This document shows positions 11,153-20,905 of a DNA stretch of 64,000 nt, piece by piece. This DNA is from Candidatus Algichlamydia australiensis (GTDB taxonomy: Bacteria > Chlamydiota > Chlamydiia > Chlamydiales > JAJFMI01). The stretch is from the NCBI GenBank assembly GCA_033977065.1, contig JAXCHI010000002.1:160001-224000 (forward strand). The letters are read 5' to 3'. Numbering within the stretch: position 1 is the first letter of the stretch; every line of letters begins with the position of its first letter. Position numbers and translations under genes: made by a program. The notes beneath the pieces were generated by a model. That model searched no databases. It saw only the letters and a list, made by a program, of their open reading frames with translations, and was not told the DNA's origin.

Positions 11153-11977
11153 ATGCGACAAGTCTATCTTGTTCCGAATATCATCACAGCATTTGGGCTC
11201 TCATGCGGTCTTTACGTAATCTTTAAGGCTAACCTTATTGGAGAAGACATGGGCATATATGGTGTACTTTTATCCTCCTCTCTTCTTTTGATTCTCGCTT
11301 CGTTTGCAGACTTTCTTGATGGAGCAGTTGCGCGTGTACTGCATGCAGAAAGCGAATTTGGATTGATGTTTGACTCCCTTTCCGATGCGATCACTTTTGG
11401 AGTAGCACCTTCAGTCCTCCTTGTGAAAAGTCTTTCACCAGAACTTGGCACGCCCCTTTCTTTCTTTGTTGTGTTAGGGGCGATGCTCTTTTCTCTCTGC
11501 GGCGTTTTGCGTCTTGTTCGCTACAATGTAAAAGCGGCAGAGAAAAAGGAAAAACCTAAAGAAGAAAAACCGAGTTTTACTGGCTTGCCTATTCCCTCTG
11601 CAGCTCTCGCTGCTCTCTCAATCAATCTCTTTCTTAACTCTCCAAAAGGAGAGCTCTGGTTTCCGATGAGCATGATGACAAAATCGATCGTTCTCACTCT
11701 TTGCACACTCTTTGTCGGCTGTCTGATGGTTTCCAAAATCAAATTTCCTAGCCTCAAAGCACTGCACATCCGTGTCCCATCCGTACACCTCCTCTTTGCA
11801 ACTGTGATCTTTGCCATATTTTTGCTCTACGGCATTCTCTACCAATTTACTCTTGTCTTTACGATCCTTACTTGGGGTTATATCTTCACAGCCCTCGCTC
11901 TTCTCGTTACGCATTATATCGTCGGTAAGCGCACAAATGCCCTCAAAGCTTTCGATCCCGACGACGAAGAGGAATAA
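11153..11977 (+). CDS. pssA: CDP-diacylglycerol--serine O-phosphatidyltransferase
   Basis: DFLDGAVAR...SEFGLMFDSLSDAITFGVAP CDP-alcohol phosphotransferase motif; FTGLPIP. Confidence 0.93.
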   Translation: MRQVYLVPNIITAFGLSCGLYVIFKANLIGEDMGIYGVLLSSSLLLILASFADFLDGAVARVLHAESEFGLMFDSLSDAITFGVAPSVLLVKSLSPELGTPLSFFVVLGAMLFSLCGVLRLVRYNVKAAEKKEKPKEEKPSFTGLPIPSAALAALSINLFLNSPKGELWFPMSMMTKSIVLTLCTLFVGCLMVSKIKFPSLKALHIRVPSVHLLFATVIFAIFLLYGILYQFTLVFTILTWGYIFTALALLVTHYIVGKRTNALKAFDPDDEEE

Positions 11978-12026
11978 AAATTTTACTCTTATTTTGTAAA
12001 AAGAGAATTTTTGGTACAATATTCCC

Positions 12027-13157
12027 ATGAGTATTAAAGAATTTCCTTTAAATTTAGCGCTTCCTTCATTTGGACAAACGGCTTTCCTCTCCTGGGGGTT
12101 GTGTCAGCTTGGATTGAGTCATCTTCAATCTAGAAGTCCTTATATTCAAAATAAAATTGTAGACAGGCGTCACACACTTCATACTGTAAATTCTTTTATT
12201 AGCTATTCAACGCTCGCATTTTTTTCCTATCGAGTAGTGAATGTGATACAGTACGGCGAATCTTGGGGCGTCCTAGAACCAGTAAGAAAGCTATTCTGTG
12301 AATTCAGGAGCTCTCCATTTATTCAATCTTCTTATAAATCGACAGTAACACTCTCAGAAATGACTGAAAAAATCTGCAGGAATTATATTGGAAATGATTT
12401 AACTTTCTTTGCTGCTCTTATGCTAGGATCGTTTTTCTTTATGGCTGTTTCAGGAGTTATAATAACGGTTTCAATATTGGCAGTAACTCGTTTTCACACT
12501 GCATTGCAGGATATCTCTAAAAAAACGAATTCACGTTGCTTGCCTTCAGAGGGTTTTGAGGATGTAGAAGATAAGATAAGTGTGGAATGGATAAATTCCC
12601 CTTATCAAAATACGCTGCAGTTTGATCACTTGCTTTCTCTTGTTGCAACAGTTGCGTTTGCTGCTTTAGCCGAGCAAAAATGGGCATTTCTTGTATTAGT
12701 GGTAGCGCAGATTAGCGCGGTAGTTACTGTGGCAAAATGGAAAACATTAAAATTCTCTTCAAAAGAAATAGAGTTGGAGAAAGTGAATGAGGGGCCTCAA
12801 AAATGCAAATTTCACTATATTTTTCCGGTAATTGAGTCTGCATCAGCAGGTACATATTTTTGCACGAATCACGAATTTCCTTTAATTAAAATTGTAGAGT
12901 CAATTTGTCAACAGCTAAATAGAGCTAAAATTAAGATTAAAAATCGACATACAGACCATCATTGGGAATACAACAAATTTTTGTATGATCGTATTTCGTA
13001 CAAAGTGACCGTCGAAAACAAAAACCTTCCTAGATGTAAACATGAGTGCAAAGCGCCACCTCGAAATGTATTTAGTGTGCAATTTTTCGATCGCCATATA
13101 GATCAAAAAAGAAAAGTGTCAGAGGAGTGGATTCCGGCCCAAATCACAGTTGTATAG
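12027..13157 (+). CDS. Hypothetical AT-rich membrane protein, possible effector
   Basis: 376-aa ORF with hydrophobic segments and a Cys/His-containing C-terminus. Confidence 0.7.
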   Translation: MSIKEFPLNLALPSFGQTAFLSWGLCQLGLSHLQSRSPYIQNKIVDRRHTLHTVNSFISYSTLAFFSYRVVNVIQYGESWGVLEPVRKLFCEFRSSPFIQSSYKSTVTLSEMTEKICRNYIGNDLTFFAALMLGSFFFMAVSGVIITVSILAVTRFHTALQDISKKTNSRCLPSEGFEDVEDKISVEWINSPYQNTLQFDHLLSLVATVAFAALAEQKWAFLVLVVAQISAVVTVAKWKTLKFSSKEIELEKVNEGPQKCKFHYIFPVIESASAGTYFCTNHEFPLIKIVESICQQLNRAKIKIKNRHTDHHWEYNKFLYDRISYKVTVENKNLPRCKHECKAPPRNVFSVQFFDRHIDQKRKVSEEWIPAQITVV

Positions 13158-13236
13158 GGGATACTGAATAAAGAACCCATCCTGGTAAACAAGTTTTTGT
13201 CACTTTCTCTTATTTTGTCCAGTACTGAGATTTAAA

Positions 13237-13353
13237 ACTATTCTCACTTGGGGCTACATCTTCACAGCACTCTGCCTCCTCATCACACATTACATTGTGG
13301 GCAAACGCACCGATGCCCTCAAAGCTTTTGATCCTGACGACGAAGAGGAATAG
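13237..13353 (+). pseudogene. Orphan duplicate of the last 38 codons plus stop of pssA
   Basis: Translates TILTWGYIFTALCLLITHYIVGKRTDALKAFDPDDEEE*, matching 11861-11977. Confidence 0.93.
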
Positions 13354-13356
13354 TAT

Positions 13357-14271
13357 TTACAGAGACTTAAGGGAAGTTTTGTAGAAGAATTGCGCTTGCT
13401 CATTTAGGGCTTTTTCGTCGCTTTCAAACGTATGGAATGAGTGCACCATATCGGCGTAAAAGAAAAAGTCATAGAACTCGCGCGTAGATGTTGGAATCTC
13501 TACAGTGTAGTTTGTATCAAAAATTTCCATTAATTCTGCAATTTGCGCTTTTGTAAGTCCGCAGTATTCTGCTTCCAATTTAATGTAGTTCCGGGCGTAG
13601 ATCGCATCGCGCGCTAGCGGTCCACCGCGATCGCGCTGTAGCGAGGGGGCCATGCTCACAAGATCGATCATGATCAGCTGATCATTTTGATCATCATAAA
13701 AGAGATTTCCAGGGTGGGGATCCCCATGAATCACAGCTGGAGCTAAGGTTTCTTTTTCCATTGCTGCTTTAAGGCGGTCGAATTTCTTTCGGACTCTGCG
13801 TGAGGTAAGGAGCTTAACTCCCTCTTCAATCCTCTCCTGCTGCTTGAGATAGGAGTTGGGAACTTTTTTCTTATATGTGTTTGTTTTGCTATGCAGTTCT
13901 GAAAAGCTTAAAGCCGTTTTGCGTACGGCACGCTTGAGGAGTTCAAAGTCAGAGTTGTGGATCAGTTCGCTTAATTGCCTGCCATGTGCTGGAGTCATAG
14001 TAAGAAGGTTTCTTTCCGTAGAAATATTAAGAATTTGGGGGGCTGAAAAGTTTTCATAGGAAGTGTGAGCAAGATATTCGAGCGCTTTTTTCTCTTTGAG
14101 TAGCGTTTTAGTGGCGTCATATTTTTTGGTAACCGCAATGCACTGACCGTTAGCGCCTGTCTGAAAGAAAACCTCCGAATTAAATCCTACACTGGTAAGA
14201 TCAAGATGCGTCGGGGCTCCGCATAGGAGGGAGGCAAATAGAGTGAGAATTATAGTTACATTTTTAAACAT
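13357..14271 (-). CDS. APH/choline-kinase-like phosphotransferase with signal-peptide-like N-terminus
   Basis: HGDPHPGN (Brenner motif) and IMID motif. Confidence 0.8.
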   Translation of the reverse strand: MFKNVTIILTLFASLLCGAPTHLDLTSVGFNSEVFFQTGANGQCIAVTKKYDATKTLLKEKKALEYLAHTSYENFSAPQILNISTERNLLTMTPAHGRQLSELIHNSDFELLKRAVRKTALSFSELHSKTNTYKKKVPNSYLKQQERIEEGVKLLTSRRVRKKFDRLKAAMEKETLAPAVIHGDPHPGNLFYDDQNDQLIMIDLVSMAPSLQRDRGGPLARDAIYARNYIKLEAEYCGLTKAQIAELMEIFDTNYTVEIPTSTREFYDFFFYADMVHSFHTFESDEKALNEQAQFFYKTSLKSL

Positions 14272-14309
14272 TTTTAACTATTATAAACCTTTTTATTATT
14301 AAATTCTAT

Positions 14310-15449
14310 ATGGTAATTTTAATTTTATCTTTGTTATTAGGAATTTTTGGAATTCTTCTTTTATTAAAAGAGAAAAAAGTCATTGAGCTTAAAGCGGAGC
14401 TTAAGGGGAGTCAGGAGCGCGAGCGCTTTTTGCAGGAGACGAAGGAGGAAATGCAGCATACGTTTAAGTCTTTATCTTCTGATGCGCTTGAGAAAAACAA
14501 TCGCTCATTTATGCAGCTTGCGGGGCAGATGGTTGAGCCGATGAAGGAGTCGCTCGGCAAGTTGGATAAAGGCATGCGCGAGATAGAAAAAGAGCGCAAA
14601 GGAGAGCACGCCTCGCTAAAGACGCAGATGGAACATCTGGCCCAGTCAGAAAAAGAATTAAAACGCGAAACAGAGCGGTTGGTACGAGCTCTTAAGCGTC
14701 CAGGTCAGCTAGGAAAGTGGGGTGAATTACAGCTCCGGCGTGTTGTCGAACTTGCAGGCTTAAAAAAACATTGCGATTTTGTGGAGCAGAAGACAATTGA
14801 TGTTGGGGGGAATAAGATTCGTCCTGATCTGATTGTACAGCTACCGGGAGAAAAGCAGATCATCGTCGATTCCAAAGCGCCCTTTGACGCCTATCTGGAA
14901 GCGATGGAGACAGAAGAAGAGGGAGTGCGCGCTCTTAAGCTCAAAGAACATGCCAAAGCGATTCGTCACCATGTTATGGACCTAAGCAAGAGAAAATATT
15001 TTGAGTCAGTCACACTCTCGCCGGAGTTTGTTGTTCTTTTTCTTCCTTCGGAAGGATTTTTTAGCGCTGCATTGGAAGTTGACCCTGGTTTGATGGAGAT
15101 GGGGCTTGATCAAGGAGTGATTCTTTCAACACCCACAACACTGATCGCGCTGCTGCGCTCAGTTGCATATGGTTGGAAACAGGAAGCCATTGCAAATAGT
15201 GTGCAAGAAGTTTCTAAGTTGGGGCATGAGCTTTATAAGAGAATTTCTGACATGAACACGCACTTTGCCAAGCTAGGTCGCCAGTTACAAAGCTCTGTCG
15301 ACGCGTATAACAGTGCGATGGGGTCCTATGAGTCGCGCGTATTGGTCAGTGCAAGACGTTTTCAAGAGCTTGGTGCCGCGTCAAAAGAGCGCGAGTTAAC
15401 AGAATTAATGCAGATTGATAAAAGTACACGCCAATTAGATCAGCGCTAA
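14310..15449 (+). CDS. rmuC: DNA recombination protein RmuC
   Basis: GKWGELQL, RPDLIVQLP, VDSKAP, FVVLFLPSE, TPTTLIALL. Confidence 0.95.
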   Translation: MVILILSLLLGIFGILLLLKEKKVIELKAELKGSQERERFLQETKEEMQHTFKSLSSDALEKNNRSFMQLAGQMVEPMKESLGKLDKGMREIEKERKGEHASLKTQMEHLAQSEKELKRETERLVRALKRPGQLGKWGELQLRRVVELAGLKKHCDFVEQKTIDVGGNKIRPDLIVQLPGEKQIIVDSKAPFDAYLEAMETEEEGVRALKLKEHAKAIRHHVMDLSKRKYFESVTLSPEFVVLFLPSEGFFSAALEVDPGLMEMGLDQGVILSTPTTLIALLRSVAYGWKQEAIANSVQEVSKLGHELYKRISDMNTHFAKLGRQLQSSVDAYNSAMGSYESRVLVSARRFQELGAASKERELTELMQIDKSTRQLDQR

Positions 15450-16211
15450 GTTTTCAATCCAATCGTCGGGCACGCGCGCTTTTTTACGATTATTGATCTG
15501 GTACACATGTCCTTTTGCGCGCTTGGGAATAAGGTGCTCAGGAAGAGCTTTCCTCCAGGCATCCCACTCAGAAAGCTCTTTGGATTTAAATCGCTTTAGC
15601 CACTGCATACCAAAGGAGACATGACCAATCTCGTCGCGTAAAATTTGTGCCATGAGTTCGGCTGATTCATGATCACCAAACCGTTCAAAATTTTTGCCGT
15701 AGTTGGGAGCAAAGTCTAGGTTGGCCATTTCAAAAGTCAAGCTCATCACACTCACATATTTAATTGGCGAGGTGAGGTGGCGCACCTGACGCCAAAAGTG
15801 TTCATAAAGGGGCATTGAGCCAAACTCTACACCCATCTGTTTTAATCTATCACAGTAGATACGCACATGTTCTTGCTCCTCTTTTAAAGTATTTGCCAGT
15901 CCCTTACGAAATGCTTTGGGAGCATCTGGAAAAGCAAGAAGAGCTTGGGCCATAATCTCTACAGCAAGTAATTCATGACCACAAAAGCGGTGAAGGCAGA
16001 TGGCGCGATTATCAGCACTTTTATGTTCGTGAAGGGGAGGAAGTTTATCCTCCTTAGTGCGGGTAGAAAATTCCATCCCTACGGGGCGAGACGGTTTGTC
16101 AAAAAGAAGAGAGGGGCCGGGAGTCTCATCTGTTAAAACCTCTGGAGTAAGAAGTTTCTCCTCCAGAGTTTTTGCAGATAAGATGCGCTCGGCCCATATG
16201 CGAAGTTCCAC
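15435..16211 (-). CDS. Ferritin-like DUF455 family protein
   Basis: HELLAVE, EEQEH, FEMANLD, DEIGHV di-iron-type motifs. Confidence 0.85.
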   Translation of the reverse strand: MELRIWAERILSAKTLEEKLLTPEVLTDETPGPSLLFDKPSRPVGMEFSTRTKEDKLPPLHEHKSADNRAICLHRFCGHELLAVEIMAQALLAFPDAPKAFRKGLANTLKEEQEHVRIYCDRLKQMGVEFGSMPLYEHFWRQVRHLTSPIKYVSVMSLTFEMANLDFAPNYGKNFERFGDHESAELMAQILRDEIGHVSFGMQWLKRFKSKELSEWDAWRKALPEHLIPKRAKGHVYQINNRKKARVPDDWIENLALI

Positions 16212-16213
16212 AC

Positions 16214-17365
16214 CTATTCGCTGTCGAGAACGTAGTAGGCAGGAAAGGCAAAATTATTGTTTGGTCTTTCCGAGACTTGGAGATTCACCCTTTTTCCAAT
16301 CAAATTCTCTAAATTGATGTGAGTGCTATAAACGCACCCAACTGGTATGCCATTCTCTTTCAAAATATGGCTCCCTGGTTTATTTCCAACAGGATCAGAA
16401 AAGAGCTCAAGTACACCTGAAATAAATTTTGCGTTGAGCTTCTGATCAGTGTAGTAGTCATCCATGGTTTTGGCATGGTGCATAGCAGACCAGGAAATAA
16501 AGATTGCTTCCTCTACTTTCTCCCAAACTTTTGTTCTTTCAGGACAGGCATTTTGCATAGATACATCGTTTTGCTTAGCAGAAGCGATTGCGTCATGAGA
16601 GAACTTATTGGAGAGGTTATCGTTCTTTGCTTTGAGATAAGCAATTTGACGATTTTGGTAGTCCTTTTCTAATTCATTTAAAAGGTTTTTTGCTTTTTCA
16701 ACAGCTCCGGGAAAGTCGACGTAGTCATTGATGACAGTAAGGTAAGTATTTTTGATGCGGGCGATATTAATCTCTTCAAAAGACTTGTGCATCTCAGACT
16801 GTGTGAGAAGAGCGGCTGAATCCATCAGCTGCTTCATCGTCGCGTAACGCTTATCTTGAACAGCCTTATACTCAGGACCGCCGGCATACTCTACAAATTC
16901 TTTTGCAATGTAGAAAACTGTATTTTCTGGGGGAGCAATTTCCAGCCACTTTCCATTGCGCTCGCAAATTTTTCCATCAACACGAGTGCCTGAATTGACA
17001 TGCCCTACAACAGGAGCTTCTAAAGAAGGCTCGAGGCGTACATTGACACGATTTCCTTCTACAATGTTATCGAGAACAAAGCTGCGAAAAATATAGGCTT
17101 TGCTGTTTGTTGGAGGAGCAACTTTGTAAAAGTCATTTTTTTCTCCTACAACAACAAAGAGATCGCCTTTGTTATATTCACCAACAATGGAGCTTTCAAG
17201 CTCGGGAGCTGTGCGCAAACGTACGTGGCTTCCTACAACTTTTCCTGAAAAACTTTTAAATTCTTTCTGCTGACGAGCAGGAAGGGTTTTGCTGGCGTTA
17301 TTCTCTTCTGCTTTGGCAGCTGTTAGAGAGAAAAGCGCGCACCCAACAAAGACATACTTAAACAT
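16214..17365 (-). CDS. Exported SH3b-domain protein (chlamydial CT017-like)
   Basis: Signal peptide, two SH3b-like repeats (VRLRTAP, VNVRLEPSLEAPVV), C-terminal RPNNNFAFPAYYV. Confidence 0.8.
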   Translation of the reverse strand: MFKYVFVGCALFSLTAAKAEENNASKTLPARQQKEFKSFSGKVVGSHVRLRTAPELESSIVGEYNKGDLFVVVGEKNDFYKVAPPTNSKAYIFRSFVLDNIVEGNRVNVRLEPSLEAPVVGHVNSGTRVDGKICERNGKWLEIAPPENTVFYIAKEFVEYAGGPEYKAVQDKRYATMKQLMDSAALLTQSEMHKSFEEINIARIKNTYLTVINDYVDFPGAVEKAKNLLNELEKDYQNRQIAYLKAKNDNLSNKFSHDAIASAKQNDVSMQNACPERTKVWEKVEEAIFISWSAMHHAKTMDDYYTDQKLNAKFISGVLELFSDPVGNKPGSHILKENGIPVGCVYSTHINLENLIGKRVNLQVSERPNNNFAFPAYYVLDSE

Positions 17366-17481
17366 AGCCGCGACTCCTAAATGATCATTTACTCCAGAGT
17401 TTAGTTTTTTTCGCTTTTTGTTTCCATATGAAAATAATTCCTTTGTCGCTGTATCTTTAACACAGGATTTTTAAATTTAAA

Positions 17482-17645
17482 AAACCCGAGTTGCTACCCC
17501 CTTCCCCCTTTGGAGAGTGCCTTTTCGCGACCTACTTAACTTCAACTCTCAGAAATGTTTATTAAACATTCCCTTCGAGTTGAAATTAAGTATCCCATCA
17601 AAAATCCTTCTCTCCATAGGAGAAATTGGGTAGCAATTCGAGTTT
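17482..17645. mobile_element. Fold-back element, family E copy 1 (~164 bp)
   Basis: AAACCCGAGTTGCTACCC...GGGTAGCAATTCGAGTTT, central aatgttt/aaacatt; homolog at 26503-26667. Confidence 0.85.
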
Positions 17646-17794
17646 TAAAAAAAGAGAGGAGTATGGCTGGTCAAACTACTCTTATTCGGCATGAAGGCGG
17701 GACTCAAAATGGAGCTAAAGATGGCTCGCATGTTAGAAGCTAGAGTATTGATTGCATAGCCCCAAAAACACCTTACAGTGTAAAACTCAAGTTG

Positions 17795-18451
17795 TTAACC
17801 AATTTCTTCTAAGGCGAGATTCTTCTCATGAAAATGCATTGCGTGTGAACTCTCTTTACTCAGGCCCATTTCTTTATACGAGAATGAAGCTTCCAAATTA
17901 GGAAGTCTTTTATATCCTAAACTTTCCCAAAAAGTAGTTAGACTTTTGTATTCAGTAGGCATCCTTTTGTCAGATTTATCACGGAAAATTTCACATAAAA
18001 CAACTTTTTCAAATTTCTTTAGTTCTTTCAAGAATTTTTCAAAAGCCAAATACATTTTCTTTCCTGTGCCTTTATTTCTAAACTCCTTCAAAAGCATGAT
18101 TTCACCTAAATAGTAAACTTTATTCATTGGAAGGTTTTTTTTAAGGAACACCTCTTGGACTTCCTCCATCGATTCGCTTACCGGAATTCCGGTAACAGCA
18201 CCAATAACAGTCCCACCTTCAATTGCTAAAATAAATAAAGCATTTTGAGTTTCGGCGTAGATTTGAAGATACTTTTCTTCCCCATCATAACTTCCATCGT
18301 ATAGGTATGGCCACTCTTTAAAAACAACCATTCTAAGTCTAGCAAGCTCGCGTAAATATGGAAGTATCTCTTTTCCTTGTAAGCTAATAATTTCAATGTT
18401 TTTCTTGTAAGTCATATTAAAAATCGAAGCGAAGCAAAGCAAAAAGGTCAA
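17795..18451 (-). CDS. GNAT family acetyltransferase (start may be 18415)
   Basis: EWPYLYDG, YLGEIMLLKEFRNKGTG acetyl-CoA motif, FWESLGY. Confidence 0.88.
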   Translation of the reverse strand: MTFLLCFASIFNMTYKKNIEIISLQGKEILPYLRELARLRMVVFKEWPYLYDGSYDGEEKYLQIYAETQNALFILAIEGGTVIGAVTGIPVSESMEEVQEVFLKKNLPMNKVYYLGEIMLLKEFRNKGTGKKMYLAFEKFLKELKKFEKVVLCEIFRDKSDKRMPTEYKSLTTFWESLGYKRLPNLEASFSYKEMGLSKESSHAMHFHEKNLALEEIG

Positions 18452-18562
18452 CCCGCGGAAGTAAAAACTTTTTTCTGATGTAAGCTATTACCGATTGCTT
18501 GGGCATCTTGGTCTTTGCGAAGCGCATTCTTATCGAAAAATCTTCTTATCCATATGAGGCTA

Positions 18563-18725
18563 GTACTCTGTAACAGAAAATTTTAGCATTATTTTTACGT
18601 TAAAGCCTCGGGATTGAACTATCGAAAATCACCTCGTATTTGATTAATACTAGGTGACTTGCGATAGCCCAATCGCGAGAGCTTTCACGTTAAAAAGAAT
18701 AGCAAAATTTTCTGTTACAGAATAC
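18563..18725. mobile_element. Fold-back element, family B (163 bp)
   Basis: CTA-GTACTCTGTAACAGAAAATTT...AAATTTTCTGTTACAGAATAC-TAG; palindromic throughout. Confidence 0.88.
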
Positions 18726-18814
18726 TAGGTAATGGAAAAATAAATATCAAGTATAAAGAGATGAAAAGTTTGTACTCCATATTTTTAGAGATGTTGTTAC
18801 GGGGGGGGTGAGAG

Positions 18815-19516
18815 TTAGCTACTTAAAACAGCTCGGATGTGGTTGCAGTTTTTCTCCCCACAGGTGCAGCCTACTGGTGAACCCAAGTGCACACGATAGC
18901 GCTCTTCAAGGCTAAGAGGGTTTTGCACTTCGTAGGTCTGCTCACCCACTTTGGCGATTTTCCATTCTGAGAAGGTAAGTTCATCATCAGTGACAATTTC
19001 ACTGTCGCTTCCGTCAAACTCGGGATGAACCAGCTCTTTTTCTTTACCTTGCATAGCACGCGCGACCTGGCAGTAAAAGCAGTTACAATGTGGCTCTGCT
19101 TTTGGCATCGCCTCAGTCGCCTCAGAACCAAGCGCTTCGGTTATTTTAGCAATTCTTTCCAACATCTCTTGTGGAAGGTCAGGAGCACCGGATTGGCTTT
19201 GATTGTGCTCAAAGACATTGCCCATTCCTTCTAGCCCTTCAATACCAAACTTAAATGGCATGGCAAAAGCGACGTTGGAGTCGGGGCGCATCTCTGGTTT
19301 AGGCTTTTTAGGTTTTTCTGGTAGAGACTCAAGGTGTTCAGCGTGAGCGATAAAGATCTGCTCTAAGATATCTGTCTCTAGCTCGGGAAGTTCAATTGTT
19401 GCGCCACTCTGGAGAGTGATCAGCAATTTCCCTTCGTGAATGTGGAGCGCGCTGATATTTTTCCACGATGTGGAGATATAAGGGGGGATGCTAAGAATTT
19501 TTTTTGTGAACTTCAT
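18815..19516 (-). CDS. Chlamydia-specific CT016-like protein with C-terminal SWIM-like Zn motif
   Basis: ILSIPPYISTSWKNI N-terminus, EPHCNCFYCQ, CTCGEKNCNHIRAVL. Confidence 0.85.
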   Translation of the reverse strand: MKFTKKILSIPPYISTSWKNISALHIHEGKLLITLQSGATIELPELETDILEQIFIAHAEHLESLPEKPKKPKPEMRPDSNVAFAMPFKFGIEGLEGMGNVFEHNQSQSGAPDLPQEMLERIAKITEALGSEATEAMPKAEPHCNCFYCQVARAMQGKEKELVHPEFDGSDSEIVTDDELTFSEWKIAKVGEQTYEVQNPLSLEERYRVHLGSPVGCTCGEKNCNHIRAVLSS

Positions 19517-19580
19517 GAGACACCTGCCAGTTTGCTTATACCTAATATTACAATACTTGTGTCAATTTGGTCAAGAAAAA

Positions 19581-19607
19581 TTAGCACTCTAGGTTGCGGT
19601 CTGCTTG
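19581..19607. promoter_or_regulatory. CIRCE-like HrcA operator between the CT016-like gene and phoH
   Basis: TTAGCACTC-N9-GTCTGCTTG: perfect left arm, TAGCA-N15-TGCT spacing. Confidence 0.65.
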
Positions 19608-19798
19608 TTTTAAACTATTGATTATTACTACCCATTAATGTAAAACATAATTAGAAAGAATAAGGGGAGAGATTAATAATAATTATTTTAAATTACCTAA
19701 TCTCAGGAGATTAATAATAAATACCCCAATTTCCATTCAAAAATCCAATTGGATTATTCAAAAAAATTCTTTTTCTAGCGTCTTTATGTCGCTAAATG

Positions 19799-19920
19799 TA
19801 AGGCAAGTGCTGAACAGGTCACGATTTCCGAAAAAGCTTCGAAAATCGGTCGAAATTAATTTTTCGAACTCGCTAACTCTTATGAAGTTAGCTCTGTTCT
19901 CCAACATCAATTTTGCCTCA
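19799..19920. repeat. Diverged, right-truncated family D copy
   Basis: gaactcgctaactcttatgaagttagctctgttctccaa colinear with the D2 core. Confidence 0.8.
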
Positions 19921-19948
19921 ATAACCAAAATAACCAAGGAGGGACCTT

Positions 19949-20896
19949 ATGGCCCTAATATCCAATGATGTAATCATACCTCATAATAAATCCAACTCGT
20001 CCAAATCAAGGCGTACCGATCGCAGGCTTTCTAGGTCTGGTGAATCAAAACTCTATAAGGGACGCCGCACGATCAATGTTGCTAAAGAGGAGATCGACCT
20101 CTTTTATGCAAAGGCTGGCCTACAGGTTGAGGCAAATGATTTCTACCCAAATGAGTACTGTCTCCTCTCCTCTCCTGAAAACACATCTGCTCTAGCAAAG
20201 TATAATTCTAAAACCAAACTTTTAGAGCCACTTGTTCCATTAAAGCGCGATGTGTGGGGGATCAACCCTCTCAATGTTGAGCAGCGCTGCGCTATGGACC
20301 TGCTTCTGCGTGACGACATCAAACTGGTAACGTTTATTGGGAAAGCAGGAACAGGAAAGACCTTGATGGCTCTCGCTTGTGCCCTTCGAAAAGTTTTTGA
20401 TGAGGACTCTTTTCGCCGTATCTTTGTTTCACGACCGATCATGCCTCTTGGCAAAGATATCGGCTATCTTCCTGGAACTAAAGAGGAAAAGCTTGTTCAC
20501 TGGATGCAGCCGATCTTTGATAACCTCGATGTGCTTTGTGATTCAGGTGACAACTCAGGAGAGACAAAAAATTGGATCATGGAGTCGGGCAAAGTTGAAA
20601 TGGAGGCGATCACCTATGTTCGTGGTCGATCGCTCTCTAACGCCTTCATTATCATTGACGAAGCGCAAAATCTTACCCCCCACGAAATGAAAACAATCAT
20701 TTCGCGTGCGGGTCACAACACCAAGATTGTTCTCACAGGAGATCCTTGGCAGATTGACAACCCAAAGCTTGATCCGGAAAACAACGGCCTCACGTATGTG
20801 GTCGACCGCTTTAAAAAGCAGAAGATTTATGGCCATATGGTGCTGGAGAAGTCTGAGCGTTCTGAGCTTGCTGCTTTAGCTGCCGACCTTCTATAA
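19949..20896 (+). CDS. PhoH-like ATPase (PhoH2/CT015 type) lacking the N-terminal PIN domain
   Basis: GKAGTGKT, IGYLPG, RGRSL, DEAQN, TGDPWQID. Confidence 0.9.
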   Translation: MALISNDVIIPHNKSNSSKSRRTDRRLSRSGESKLYKGRRTINVAKEEIDLFYAKAGLQVEANDFYPNEYCLLSSPENTSALAKYNSKTKLLEPLVPLKRDVWGINPLNVEQRCAMDLLLRDDIKLVTFIGKAGTGKTLMALACALRKVFDEDSFRRIFVSRPIMPLGKDIGYLPGTKEEKLVHWMQPIFDNLDVLCDSGDNSGETKNWIMESGKVEMEAITYVRGRSLSNAFIIIDEAQNLTPHEMKTIISRAGHNTKIVLTGDPWQIDNPKLDPENNGLTYVVDRFKKQKIYGHMVLEKSERSELAALAADLL

Positions 20897-20905
20897 TTTG
20901 TTTTT

